DNA of 64,000 bases from Candidatus Bathyarchaeia archaeon. Its GTDB lineage: Archaea; Thermoproteota; CALKCG01; B24. The position numbers were made by a program, and so were the translations under genes. The stretch is from NCBI GenBank assembly GCA_038870975.1, contig JAVZJD010000001.1, forward strand, positions 864,001 through 928,000, in the 5' to 3' direction. Below the pieces are notes generated by a model, which saw only the letters and a list, made by a program, of their open reading frames with translations, ran no database searches and had not been told where the DNA came from. Position 1 is the first letter of the stretch. Each line of letters starts with the position of its first letter. Below, piece by piece: positions 19,675-29,809 of this stretch.

Positions 19675-20664
19675 GTGAGGGGGGTTTTCATGCGGTTTGG
19701 AGTAGCGCCTATTCAATGGGACTGGTATTGGGATTGGACGGTTGAAGAGGTTTTAACGGCTGAGAAGCTTGGCTTCGACTCTATCTGGATTCTAGAGCAT
19801 CATGGGAGGGAGGATATGTACTATCCCTCTCCTCTTGTGGCATTAGCAGGCTTAGCCTCTGCGACTAAACGTGTAGAGCTTGGCTCTTGCGTCTTAATAC
19901 TACCCCTCTACCATCCTGTTCACGTGGCTGAGGATGCTGCAATGGTCGATGTAATATCCGGTGGAAGGTTGATATTAGGCGTGGGCTTAGGCTATAGGAG
20001 GGAGGAGTATGAACTCTTCCAGGTTTCTATGAAGGATAGGGGTAGACGTATGACTGAATCTTTAACCTTGATTGAGAAGCTCTGGACTGAGCCTGTTGTA
20101 GATTTTAAGGGTCGGTTCTTCCAGGTTAGAGGTTTCTCACTACAGCCTAAGCCTTTGAGGAAGCCCCATCCCCCCATCTGGGTTGGAGGTTGGAGTATTC
20201 AAGCTTTAAAGAGGGCTGCGGAGCTTGGCGATGCGTGGTTTATAGGCCCAGTGGGGGCGCTTCAAGACGTTAAGAACAGCTACCTAGCGTATGTGAATGC
20301 TTTGAAAAGCCTCGGTAAGAAGCTCGGTAGGCTTCCGCTTGTTAGAGAGGTCTACGTGGCTGAGGATTCCGGTGAAGCCTATGAGAAGGCTTTAAAGTAC
20401 ATAGGTGGTATGTATTTCAAGGACTATGCTTCATGGGGTCATCTGCTCGTCAGAGGCGTTGAAAGATTTGAAGACGTGGCTAGGGATAGGTTTATCGTGG
20501 GAAATCCAGATGAATGCATCTCTCAAATAGAGAGGTTTACCAGGGAGCTTGAGATAACCGATTTAATATTCAGAGTACACTACCCAGGCATGAGTCTTGA
20601 GGAGGGTTTAAAACTCATACGGCTGATAGGTGGGAGGATTAAACCCTACTTCGAGGAGAGCTGA
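19675..20664 (+). CDS. LLM class flavin-dependent oxidoreductase
   Basis: AEKLGFDSIWILEHH, HPVHVAED, SGGRLILGVGLGY, PPIWVGG. Confidence 0.92.
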   Translation: MRGVFMRFGVAPIQWDWYWDWTVEEVLTAEKLGFDSIWILEHHGREDMYYPSPLVALAGLASATKRVELGSCVLILPLYHPVHVAEDAAMVDVISGGRLILGVGLGYRREEYELFQVSMKDRGRRMTESLTLIEKLWTEPVVDFKGRFFQVRGFSLQPKPLRKPHPPIWVGGWSIQALKRAAELGDAWFIGPVGALQDVKNSYLAYVNALKSLGKKLGRLPLVREVYVAEDSGEAYEKALKYIGGMYFKDYASWGHLLVRGVERFEDVARDRFIVGNPDECISQIERFTRELEITDLIFRVHYPGMSLEEGLKLIRLIGGRIKPYFEES

Positions 20665-21412
20665 AAAGTTAAGAGTTGCGTCGAAGTATTATTATGATGT
20701 GGACTACGTATCCAGCCGAGCCGTGCTTGGAAGGGTTCTACTGGAAGGCTTAAACGTAATACTGGGTCCTTCAAACATCGGAGACTGGTCTATAATAGGC
20801 TATGGGGCTGTCTTAGGCTATCCATCTAGGGCTGTTTTAAAGAGTCTAGTGGGTAGAGCAATAGGCTTGGAGCACTACGACGACGAAAGCAGCGGTTGCA
20901 CTATAGGTGAGAATTGTATAATAAGACCCTACACAGTGGTGTATGAGAAGTCTAGGCTTGGAAACCGTGTTGAAACAGGCCACTTCGTCATGATAAGGGA
21001 GAACGTTACAATAGGCGATGAAACGGTCGTAGGCTCCCGTACTGTTGTCGATGGAGATGCATCGATAGGCTCTAAGTGTAGAATACAAACAGGATGCTAC
21101 ATACCCCCTAAGACGGTTATAGGCGATGGGGTTTTCCTAGGACCCATGGTGAATATACTCAACGATAAGTATCCTCCGAGTGGAAGACTCTCAGGTGTAC
21201 GTATAGATGATGGGGCTATAGTAGGAGCGGGAGCAGTAATAATGCCCGGCGTAGTAGTTGGACGGGAGGCTGTTGTCGCAGCAGGCTCTCTAGTAACTAG
21301 GGATGTAGACGCTGAGACTGTTGTTAAAGGTTTTCCAGCTAAACCCGTATACACTAGGAGGGAGTATGAGGCTAAAAGGGAGAAGTATCTAAAGGAGTTT
21401 CAGCGGATGTGA
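20630..21412 (+). CDS. Hexapeptide-repeat (left-handed beta helix) acyltransferase, WbpD-like
   Basis: Repeated IG.N/D motifs, NDKYP, GAIVGAGAVIMPGV, GFPAK; start uncertain. Confidence 0.85.
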   Translation: MGGLNPTSRRAEKLRVASKYYYDVDYVSSRAVLGRVLLEGLNVILGPSNIGDWSIIGYGAVLGYPSRAVLKSLVGRAIGLEHYDDESSGCTIGENCIIRPYTVVYEKSRLGNRVETGHFVMIRENVTIGDETVVGSRTVVDGDASIGSKCRIQTGCYIPPKTVIGDGVFLGPMVNILNDKYPPSGRLSGVRIDDGAIVGAGAVIMPGVVVGREAVVAAGSLVTRDVDAETVVKGFPAKPVYTRREYEAKREKYLKEFQRM

Positions 21413-21543
21413 GGCTTTTAGGGTGGTCTTGAAGAGGGATAAGCCCTTGTAACGAATACTATGCTTAGCCTTCAGCCTTCATTGAAGCGTATGGGATAAG
21501 ACTTAAAAACCCTATAGATATATAAATAGTATTCTGATTTCAC

Positions 21544-21897
21544 TTGATCGGCTATTACGAGCTTAAACTCTGCTGAGTTAAAGGGGTTAGAAATGGAAAC
21601 CTCAGGAGGCTTACAAGCCTTCAGAAGTCGTATTATAGGGCTTGCCTTATCTTCGCGAGGAGGGTTGGCCGCATAGTGAGCGTCTTCGTCGTCTCTAGGC
21701 TTAAAGCTATTATGAATGTTCTGGTTGAAAGCCCTAAGGCTTCAGCCTTAGAGGCTGGTTTAAAAAGGGTTTATGAGATACTTTCAAGCCGGGTTTTAAA
21801 ATGGGCTCCTCAGGTTAAAGAGTGGCTTAGGGAGGAGTCCTTCATACTATACCTAGGGTTTATGGAGATGAACAATTTAGTATACTTCAAGTCTTAA
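21544..21897 (+). pseudogene. Hypothetical protein with in-frame TGA at 21574-21576
   Basis: TTG 21544 gives MIGYYELKLC*VKGVRNGNLRRLTSLQKSYYRAC... in frame with the 21676 ORF; TATA-like TATATAAAT lies just upstream of the TTG. Confidence 0.6.
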
Positions 21898-21910
21898 GGA
21901 GGAGACGTGC

Positions 21911-22168
21911 ATGAGTAGAGATCAAGCTGTTGGAGCACTAATATGCGTTGGGAGTGTTTTAGGCATACTGGCGTATGGGTGGCTTTTATTCGCATCCGAA
22001 TGGGCTATGCTAGTGTTACAGTTGACGGGCTTCATAGCCGTAGCCGCCGTATTGGGCATACTATCCTGGATAGGTTATACGCTTGCGACTACACCCCCGC
22101 CTAAGCCCATAGAGGAAGTAGAGAAAGAGCTTGAGAAAGCCGAGGAAAAGGTAGAAGAGAAGACTTAA
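21911..22168 (+). CDS. Small 2-TM membrane protein with acidic coiled-coil tail (paralog of 55708-55980)
   Basis: GILSWIGYTLATTPPPKPIEE; GGAGG SD at 21898. Confidence 0.85.
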   Translation: MSRDQAVGALICVGSVLGILAYGWLLFASEWAMLVLQLTGFIAVAAVLGILSWIGYTLATTPPPKPIEEVEKELEKAEEKVEEKT

Positions 22169-22185
22169 GAGTAGTTGGCTTATCG

Positions 22186-22392
22186 TTGAGGAAGTGTAAG
22201 CCCTCTATATGTTTAAAGGTTAAAGGTAGGGATGTAACACCATATGTATCTAATCGTTTGAAGAGCTACCTTAGGGAGAACTGGGGTGCGCCATTCATAG
22301 TGGCTTTCATGGTAATGCTTATGGCGGCCGCTGGATACCTATGGTACGGCTTAGAGGCTGTAGCCAACGATATAGCCGTATATGCGTACTAA
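22186..22392 (+). pseudogene. Truncated small membrane protein
   Basis: RENWGAPFIVAFM..ANDIAVYAY then TAA in the middle of a second hydrophobic helix, followed by mosaic sequence. Confidence 0.45.
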
Positions 22393-22445
22393 AGCCTAGT
22401 GGACAGGCTTTTTGAAGTGGAGAAGCCCATAGAGGCGAAGCCCAG

Positions 22446-23402
22446 GTGAAGAGCCTAGTCACGGGCGGCGCGGGTTTCATAGGTAGCCACCTAGTGGATA
22501 GGCTTATGCATGAGGGCTATAGCGTAACGGTTGTAGATAATTTAAGCTCCGGATGCTTGGAGAACGTCAAGGGTTGGATCGGCGGTTCGAGGTTTAAGTT
22601 TGTAAGGGGAGACCTGAAGAAGCGTGGAAAGTGGGTTGGGGAGTTTAAGGGCGTAGACGTTGTCTTCCACTACGCAGCCAATCCTGAGGTTAGAGTAAGC
22701 GTTACAGACCCTAGGATACACTTCGAGGAGAATCTTCAAGCGACTTTTAACGTACTTGAGGTGTGTAGGAATTTTAAAATACCATATTTTGTATTCGCAT
22801 CTACTAGCACGGTTTACGGTGATGCCGAGCGGATACCTACGCCCGAGGACTATACGCCTTTAAAGCCCGTGTCGGTCTATGGGGCTGTTAAACTTTCATG
22901 TGAAACGTTTATTCAGACTTATTCTAGGCTTTACGGCTTGAAGAGCCTGATTTTAAGGTATGCAAATGTAGTCGGAGCTAGGTCTAAGCACGGAGTTTTA
23001 GTGGACTTCGTTGAAAAGCTTAGGTCAAATCCTAAGAGGCTTGAAATTCTAGGCGATGGTCTTCAGAGGAAGAGCTATCTACATGTTGAAGAAGCCGTAG
23101 ATGCCACTTTAAAAGCCTTAGACTATACGTTTAACTCCGACGGGTTTGAAGAAGTATTCAACGTGGGCTCAGAAGACTGGATCACCGTGAGGGAGATAGC
23201 GGATATCGTCGTCGAAGCTATGGGTCTTAAAAACGTTGAATACGTGTATAAGCCCGCTACAAGCGACGGTAGGGGCTGGCTTGGAGACGTTAAACTCATG
23301 CTACTGGACATAAGCAAACTTAAGAAGGCTACGGGTTGGAGTCCTAGATTAAACTCAAGAGAGGCAATGAAACTCGCAATTAAAGACTATCGCAAGGAAT
23401 GA
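22446..23402 (+). CDS. NAD-dependent nucleotide-sugar epimerase (GalE-like SDR)
   Basis: TGGAGFIGSH, STSTVYG, YGAVK, GRGWLGDV. Confidence 0.92.
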   Translation: MKSLVTGGAGFIGSHLVDRLMHEGYSVTVVDNLSSGCLENVKGWIGGSRFKFVRGDLKKRGKWVGEFKGVDVVFHYAANPEVRVSVTDPRIHFEENLQATFNVLEVCRNFKIPYFVFASTSTVYGDAERIPTPEDYTPLKPVSVYGAVKLSCETFIQTYSRLYGLKSLILRYANVVGARSKHGVLVDFVEKLRSNPKRLEILGDGLQRKSYLHVEEAVDATLKALDYTFNSDGFEEVFNVGSEDWITVREIADIVVEAMGLKNVEYVYKPATSDGRGWLGDVKLMLLDISKLKKATGWSPRLNSREAMKLAIKDYRKE

Positions 23403-23409
23403 CTCGGGT

Positions 23410-24149
23410 GTGAGCTACGGTAGAATTCTCGTGACAGGCGGAGCGGGGTTCATAGGTAGCAATTTGGTAGACGCGTTAGTAGAGAAGGGCTTCTCCGTTG
23501 TCGTTTTGGATAATTTCTCAAGGGGTAGAATGGAGAATTTAAAGCACCATCTAGGAAGTAGAGGCTTCCGTCTGATTAAAGGCGACATCCGAGACGGGTT
23601 AGTAGTGAAAGAGGCTTTAAAGGGTGTGGAGGCGGTCTTCCATTTAGCTGCTATCGTAAGCGTACCATACTCCATAGAAAATCCGCATGTTACGCGTGAA
23701 GTAAACGTAGATGGGACTAGGAGGCTTTTAGAGTCCTGTTTAAACGGTGAAGTGAAGAAGATTATTTATGCTTCAACTTGTGCGGTTTATGGGGAGGCTG
23801 ATCATCTTCCGATAGATGAGAGACATCCCACTAAGCCCATTTCGCCCTACGCCGAGAGTAGGCTTGAAGCTGAAAACCTATGTAAAACTTTTGGGGAAAA
23901 AATACGGGTTTAAGCCATGGTGCTCGCATTAAACAATGGCTCCGTCGCCGGGACGTTTAACATAGGTAGCGGCTTACCTACGACGATAAACGATTTGGCT
24001 AGGCTTTTAAGGGCATCGAACCCATTTACCGAGAGGCTAGACCCGGCGACGCAGACATACGCCTAGCACAAAATGTATTGAAATTTAATCCGAGCGTCAG
24101 CCTCAAAGAGGGGCTATCGAACTTATTGTCGCAAAATAATAGCCTGTGA
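23410..24149 (+). pseudogene. Disrupted NAD-dependent epimerase (frameshift plus internal deletions)
   Basis: TGGAGFIGSN N-terminal half; extra A in the A-run near 23897-23902; downstream remnants FNIGSG.PTTINDLA, EPIYREARPGD, ADIRLAQNVLKFNP.VSLKEGL. Confidence 0.85.
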
Positions 24150-24191
24150 ATGTTTTCCAAAATGATGAGAGTAAACGACTGAAGATTAATC

Positions 24192-25097
24192 ATGGAAAGT
24201 AGACTTAAGATAATAGCCTGCATACCGGCCTATAATGAAGAAAGAATGATAGCGAGCGTTGTACTGAAGACTATGAAGTACGTGAACAAGGTAATCGTTT
24301 GCGACGATGGATCAGAAGATTTGACTGGAGAAATAGCCAAGAGGCTTGGGGCTGAAGTGGTAAGGCATGAAAGGAATATGGGTAAAGGTATTGCTCTAAT
24401 GGACCTATTTACTGAAGCTAAGAAATTTAACCCTGACATAATAATTACGCTTGATGCTGATGGCCAGCACAATCCAGATGATGTACCAAGATTGATTAAA
24501 CCGATAGTAGAAGGGGTTGCCGACATCGTGATAGGGTCGAGGTTCGTAAAGGGTGGGGAAATCAATGCCCCTTTATATAGGAGATTCGGCTTAAAATTCA
24601 TAAACTTCCTAGGTAGAAAATTGATAAAATCAGACGTGAGAGATACCCAAACTGGTTTTAGAGCTTTTACACTTAAAGCATTAAATGAATTAGAGTCTAT
24701 GGAATCAAGGGGATACGGTGTTGAAACCGAGCAATTGATGTTAGCAAAAAAGAAGGGGTTAAGAATAGTTGAAGTTCCAGTAACGATAAGGTATAAGGGC
24801 TTAGAGAAGACTTCTAAAAAATCTCCATTTTTGCAAGCACAGGACATAGTTACAACTATCCTAAGGCTTTTCATAGAAGAACATCCACTACGTTACCTGG
24901 GCATACCTGGAGTAGCGTTGATAATTTTAACGGTAATATCGGGAACATACTTGTTGTTAATGTTCAACGCAACAAGGTACTTTAGCATACCAATAGCGTT
25001 GATAACTTTAGCTGCATTATTTACCGGAATGATGCTATTAATTACAGCGATAATTCTATACGCTATGACGAGATTGATGAAGAGGAAGCAACTTTAA
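24192..25097 (+). CDS. GT2 DPM1-like polyprenyl-phosphate glycosyl synthase with C-terminal TMs
   Basis: IPAYNEE, DDGS, LDADGQH, IVIGSRF, DTQTGFRAF. Confidence 0.9.
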   Translation: MESRLKIIACIPAYNEERMIASVVLKTMKYVNKVIVCDDGSEDLTGEIAKRLGAEVVRHERNMGKGIALMDLFTEAKKFNPDIIITLDADGQHNPDDVPRLIKPIVEGVADIVIGSRFVKGGEINAPLYRRFGLKFINFLGRKLIKSDVRDTQTGFRAFTLKALNELESMESRGYGVETEQLMLAKKKGLRIVEVPVTIRYKGLEKTSKKSPFLQAQDIVTTILRLFIEEHPLRYLGIPGVALIILTVISGTYLLLMFNATRYFSIPIALITLAALFTGMMLLITAIILYAMTRLMKRKQL

Positions 25098-25195
25098 TTG
25101 AGATAAGAAGTAAAAGGGTGTCAATTACCATAAGTTGGAATAAAAATCGTTGTAAAAAGCTCAAAGTCTTCCAGAAGAAATAGACATATAATACT

Positions 25196-25237
25196 CTGAC
25201 GTTAGATGATGAAGGCTTACAAGACCTGAGGCGATGA
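25196..25237 (+). ncRNA. Candidate C/D box sRNA (partial)
   Basis: CTGA (25196), ATGATGA (25206), 13-nt guide, CTGA (25226), GCGATGA (25231) in an intergenic gap. Confidence 0.35.
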
Positions 25238-25314
25238 AGATAAATAACATACACATTACGATACGTGAATTCACGAAAGCCATATGTTGACAGCACGAGC
25301 GTAGTTACTCCAAA

Positions 25315-26397
25315 ATGAATGTCGCAGTAGTCTTAGGGACTAGGCCGGAGATAATAAAGATGTCTCCGATTATAAGGGAGCTTGAGAGAAGGGGTGTAGA
25401 TTTCTTCATATTGCATACGGGTCAACATTACTCCTACAACATGGATGAAGTATTCTTCGAGCAACTGAAGCTGCCTCAGCCGAAGTACAATCTTAAGGTC
25501 GGTTCAGGTAGTCATGGTGAGCAGACTGGGAAGATGCTTATTGAAGTGGAAAAAGTACTTTTAATGGGGCAACCGGATGTAGTTTTAGTGCAGGGCGATA
25601 CGAATACGACTCTGGCTGGCGCTCTTGCAGCGTCTAAGATTCGTATAGAGATTGGTCATGTGGAGGCTGGTTTGAGGAGCTTTGATAGGGAGATGCCTGA
25701 GGAGATAAATAGGCTTTTAGTAGACCATCTCTCAGACTTCCTATTCGCACCGACTGAGAAAGCCCGTCAAAATCTCCTAAGTGAGGGGATCGATGGAAAT
25801 AGGATTCATGTGACTGGGAATACTGTAGTAGATGCCGTATATCAAAACCTCGAATTGGCGAAGCAGAGCGATGTTCTCTCCAAGTTTGACTTGAAGAGTA
25901 ACGGATACTTCCTGCTGACTCTACATAGGCAGGAGAACGTCGATAGGAGGGATAGACTGAAGAGCATATTGAAAGGAGTCGAACTAGCGTCTAGGAAGTT
26001 TGACCTACCAGTGGTGTATCCCATACATCCGCGCACATTGAAAATGCTTGAGCAGTTCCAGTTGAAAGTTGGAGAAGGACTGTTGGTGATCGATCCACTA
26101 GATTATCTGAGCTTTCTCAAGCTTGAGAGTGAGGCCAGACTTATACTCACTGACTCGGGTGGAGTGCAGGAGGAGGCTTGCATATTGAAGGTACCTTGTG
26201 TAACATTGAGGTATAACACCGAGAGGCCTGAGACGCTGGAGGTTGGTTCAAACGTCTTAGCTGGTACTGAGCCAGAGTCTATAGTTGAGAAAGTAGGTTT
26301 AATGCTCAACAAGGAGAGAAAATGGTCGAATCCATTTGGGGATGGCTACGCCTCTCAGCGCATAGTCAGCATAATATGTAACTACTGTTTTGCTTAA
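25315..26397 (+). CDS. wecB: UDP-GlcNAc 2-epimerase (non-hydrolysing)
   Basis: GTRPEIIK, HTGQHY, QGDT, HVEAGLRS, PEEINR, TDSGGVQEEA. Confidence 0.95.
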   Translation: MNVAVVLGTRPEIIKMSPIIRELERRGVDFFILHTGQHYSYNMDEVFFEQLKLPQPKYNLKVGSGSHGEQTGKMLIEVEKVLLMGQPDVVLVQGDTNTTLAGALAASKIRIEIGHVEAGLRSFDREMPEEINRLLVDHLSDFLFAPTEKARQNLLSEGIDGNRIHVTGNTVVDAVYQNLELAKQSDVLSKFDLKSNGYFLLTLHRQENVDRRDRLKSILKGVELASRKFDLPVVYPIHPRTLKMLEQFQLKVGEGLLVIDPLDYLSFLKLESEARLILTDSGGVQEEACILKVPCVTLRYNTERPETLEVGSNVLAGTEPESIVEKVGLMLNKERKWSNPFGDGYASQRIVSIICNYCFA

Positions 26398-26413
26398 CGT
26401 AGGTGTTGGATGA

Positions 26414-27348
26414 ATGGCTAAGATACTTGTAACCGGTGGCCTTGGCTTCATAGGGTCCAACCTCGTCAAGGAGCTTAGGAGGAGGGGCATGATGTGTGGG
26501 TTTGCGATATCGTGCACTCTCCGGAGCCAAAATTCGTGAGGTGCGACGTAAGCAGGTTTAGGCAACTTGAGAGCGTCTTTGAAACAGCCGGAGACTTCGA
26601 GTACGTTTACCACCTTGCGGCTGAATACGGCAGATGGAATGGCGAATACTACTACGAGAACCTCTGGATGACGAACGTCGTCGGTACGAAGAATTTGATA
26701 CGTTTACAGGAGAGGAAGAGGTTCAGAATGATATTCTTCAGCAGTGCTGAAGTGTATGGAGACTATCAGGGAGTCATGACCGAGGATCTACCTGAGAAGA
26801 TCCACATACATTTGTTGAACGATTACGCTATGACTAAGTGGGTTGGGGAAATGATGGTAAAGAACTCCATGATGCAGTACGGTACTGAGACCGTTATAGT
26901 CAGACCCTTCAACGTATACGGCCCTGGAGAACATTACCATCCGTATAGGGGCTTCATACCAAAGTTCATATACCACGCTTTGCACGACCTACCGTACACC
27001 GTGTATTTGGTCCGCAAGAGAACCCTTGAGTACGTAGATGACTTCTGCACGACCGTTGCAAACGCAGTGGATAACTTCAAGCCAGGCGAAGTATACAACA
27101 TCGGGGGAGACACTCAATACGAGATAAAGTACATCTCAGATTTGATATTGAGGTGCTTGGGCAAGGATGACTCGAAGGTAACTTACAAGGAGGCCGAGCC
27201 CTTAACGACGAAAGTAAAACAGCCGGATTCTTCGAAGGCTAAGAGGGATTTAGGCTTTAAGGTCACAGTGGAGCCCGAAGAAGGTATACCGAGGACGATA
27301 GACTGGTTCAAAAGAATATATAGTCGCTCAGATCGTACTTTGAGTTGA
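26414..27348 (+). pseudogene. NAD-dependent epimerase/dehydratase with a 1-nt frameshift near the N-terminus
   Basis: ATG 26414 MAKILVTGGLGFIGSNLVKELRRR is out of frame with the 26494 ORF; one more G in the run at 26484-26487 restores RRRGHDVWVCD. Confidence 0.8.
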
Positions 27349-27374
27349 GGTGATATTGGACGAGGTTTGAAGAA

Positions 27375-28364
27375 GTGCTTCAGCATTACTCCAATAAGAG
27401 AGTGTTGATCACTGGTGGAGCAGGATGCATAGGCAGTAATTTGATTAAAGCCCTCTTAAAGGCTGAACCTGAGAAGATCATAGTAATAGACGATCTCTCA
27501 GCATCGTACGAGTGGAATCTTCCGAAAGACCCTAAGGTAGTATTCATAAAAGGCAGCATTTTGGACGAAGAGAAGATGAAGAGAGCATTCAGCTACAAAC
27601 CCCACTACGTCTTCCACTTGGCCGCTCACTTCGCGAATCAGAATAGCGTTGAGCATCCCGAGACGGACTTACTGGTTAATGGACTTGGAACACTAAAAAC
27701 ACTTGAATACGCAAATTTAGTAGGCGTTGAGAGGTTTGTCTTCGCCTCATCAGGTTGCTCAGTTTACGGAAGTCAAGCTCCCCTGCCATTAAGGGAGGAC
27801 TTCATATCCCTGCATTTGGATACTCCGTATCAAATACATAAGCTTCTTGGAGAATTGTACTGCAACTACTTCCACGATTACTATGGACTTCCAGTGGCGA
27901 TTGCAAGGTACTTCAACGTTTACGGGCCTGGAGAGATCCCTGGAAAGTATAGGAACGTCATACCGAACTTCATCTGGTGGGCTATGCACGGTCAACCCCT
28001 ACCAATAACGGGGACGGGTGAGGAGACGAGGGACTTCACATTCGTAGAGGATATAGTTGATGGAACATTAAGAATGGGTGCGATTGACAAGGCTATTGGT
28101 GAGGCGATAAATCTGGCATCTGAAACAGAAACCAAAATTATTGATCTTGCAAACTGGATAAATGAGATAACGGGGAATGAAGCTGGAATAGTATTTAAGC
28201 CTAGGAGGGACTGGGATAAAGCTGTTAGGCGGCGGGCATCAATAGATAAGGCTAAAAGACTACTGGGCTATGAGCCTAAGGTAGATATAAAGATAGGGTT
28301 AAGGAAGGTCTATGAGTGGATGTTCGAGAACAAGGATGAAATTAAGCAGTATGTAAGATTCTGA
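27375..28364 (+). CDS. NAD-dependent epimerase/dehydratase
   Basis: TGGAGCIGSN, HLAA, YQIHK, RYFNVYGPGE, ETRDFTFV. Confidence 0.92.
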   Translation: MLQHYSNKRVLITGGAGCIGSNLIKALLKAEPEKIIVIDDLSASYEWNLPKDPKVVFIKGSILDEEKMKRAFSYKPHYVFHLAAHFANQNSVEHPETDLLVNGLGTLKTLEYANLVGVERFVFASSGCSVYGSQAPLPLREDFISLHLDTPYQIHKLLGELYCNYFHDYYGLPVAIARYFNVYGPGEIPGKYRNVIPNFIWWAMHGQPLPITGTGEETRDFTFVEDIVDGTLRMGAIDKAIGEAINLASETETKIIDLANWINEITGNEAGIVFKPRRDWDKAVRRRASIDKAKRLLGYEPKVDIKIGLRKVYEWMFENKDEIKQYVRF

Positions 28365-28462
28365 TAGCCTTCATGAATAATGCTGTATATAGTTAAAGAA
28401 CCCATATATAGTTTGAGAAGGGCCAGAATACAATATAATAGTTTTAGTAAGTAGGATAGGAA

Positions 28463-29743
28463 ATGAATATTGCTATTATAGTCAATAACTTTCATCCAGA
28501 GATAGGAAGTGCAGCTGATCTATTTTATCAACTAGCCATAGAATTTCAAAAAAGAGGGCATCTTGTCAATGTGTTTACAACTGAACCGCGATACTATAAT
28601 TTAGGTACTAGCTTAAAAGAGAAGTTTCTTTTACAAGCAGGTCTAAAGGGTAAAGGTAAGCTTTACAACGTAGAACAAATACGACCTATGCTAAATGTAT
28701 ATAGAGTAAAACTTCTACCGTTGATTTATCCAAGGTCTGGAAAAAACGCCTTCTTTAGAGAACTGGAACATGTGCTTCAACCGATAACATTTCTGACGAT
28801 GACTAACCATATAGCTAAATCTGACATTATTCTAATATACTCCCCTCCCCTATTACTTGGATATTTAGGGGTAATACTTGGCAAGCTTTTGAATATTCCA
28901 ACTGTTGTTAATGTTCAAGATATACATCCTGATGCCGTTGTCGATTTAGGCTTACTCAAAAGTTCGTTTCTAGTTTCATTTTTTGAACAAATTGAACGAC
29001 AAATGTACAAATATGCAAAAGCTATTACAGTTCACTCGGATGGTAATAAAGAAATAGTTATGAAACATAATATTAATCCGCAAAAAGTGTTTGTAATTTT
29101 TAATGCATGCTATATTCCTCCTGATGAAGTACTTTGTGATGGAGAGTTCTTTAGAAGAAGATATTGCTTAGAAGATAAATTTATAGTGACATATGCAGGC
29201 ACAATGTCTTTCTCTCAAGATTTGGATACGATAATTATTGCAGCAAAAATTTTGTCTAATTCTAATAAGGAAATCACTTTTATATTAGCTGGAGATGGTC
29301 CACAAAGGCATAACCTTGAGCTTCTTAGTAAGAAGCTGAAAGTATCTAACATTTTGTTTCTTCCTTTTCAAGGGGGTAACGATTACTGGCGTCTTCTGTC
29401 TGCAAGTGACGTTTGTCTTGTGTCTTTAAAGAAATCAAAAGTGAAGACTCCTGTGGTTCCAAGAAAACTTGAGGATATAATGGCGTCAGGAAAACCTGTG
29501 ATAGCTAATGTTCCTTTAGATGGAGACGTGAAGAAGTTTATTGAAAAAGCAAACTGTGGAATGGTTATCGAATCTGAGAATCCTCATAGCTTGGCAGAAG
29601 CAATTCAAAAAATGTATGATATGCCTAAAGAAGTTAGACTACAATATGGACGCAATGGAAGACTATATGCTATCCAGAATTTTTCAACTCAAGTGATAGC
29701 TAAACAATATGAGACTCTCTTCGCCTCACTATGCAGACTATGA
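28463..29743 (+). CDS. Glycosyltransferase family 4 (WbuB-like)
   Basis: FHPEIGSA, SPPL, VQDIHPD, YAGTM, GDGP, MASGKPVI. Confidence 0.9.
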   Translation: MNIAIIVNNFHPEIGSAADLFYQLAIEFQKRGHLVNVFTTEPRYYNLGTSLKEKFLLQAGLKGKGKLYNVEQIRPMLNVYRVKLLPLIYPRSGKNAFFRELEHVLQPITFLTMTNHIAKSDIILIYSPPLLLGYLGVILGKLLNIPTVVNVQDIHPDAVVDLGLLKSSFLVSFFEQIERQMYKYAKAITVHSDGNKEIVMKHNINPQKVFVIFNACYIPPDEVLCDGEFFRRRYCLEDKFIVTYAGTMSFSQDLDTIIIAAKILSNSNKEITFILAGDGPQRHNLELLSKKLKVSNILFLPFQGGNDYWRLLSASDVCLVSLKKSKVKTPVVPRKLEDIMASGKPVIANVPLDGDVKKFIEKANCGMVIESENPHSLAEAIQKMYDMPKEVRLQYGRNGRLYAIQNFSTQVIAKQYETLFASLCRL

Positions 29744-29809
29744 AGCATAAACTAGAATTTAGCATACACTCTATTTTTAGAAGATACTAAAAGTTATTGG
29801 AGATAAATA

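Noticed and set aside
18906-20664. Mycofactocin-like system (creatininase-family plus LLM enzyme)
   Set aside because: No precursor peptide, chaperone or SPASM radical SAM gene nearby
21574-21576. In-frame TGA as selenocysteine or recoding
   Set aside because: No redox motif or SECIS seen; a TGG-to-TGA nonsense change is simpler given the neighbouring lesions
24162-24182. ATGATGA-10 nt-CTGA as a C/D sRNA
   Set aside because: Single box pair, short guide, no recognisable target
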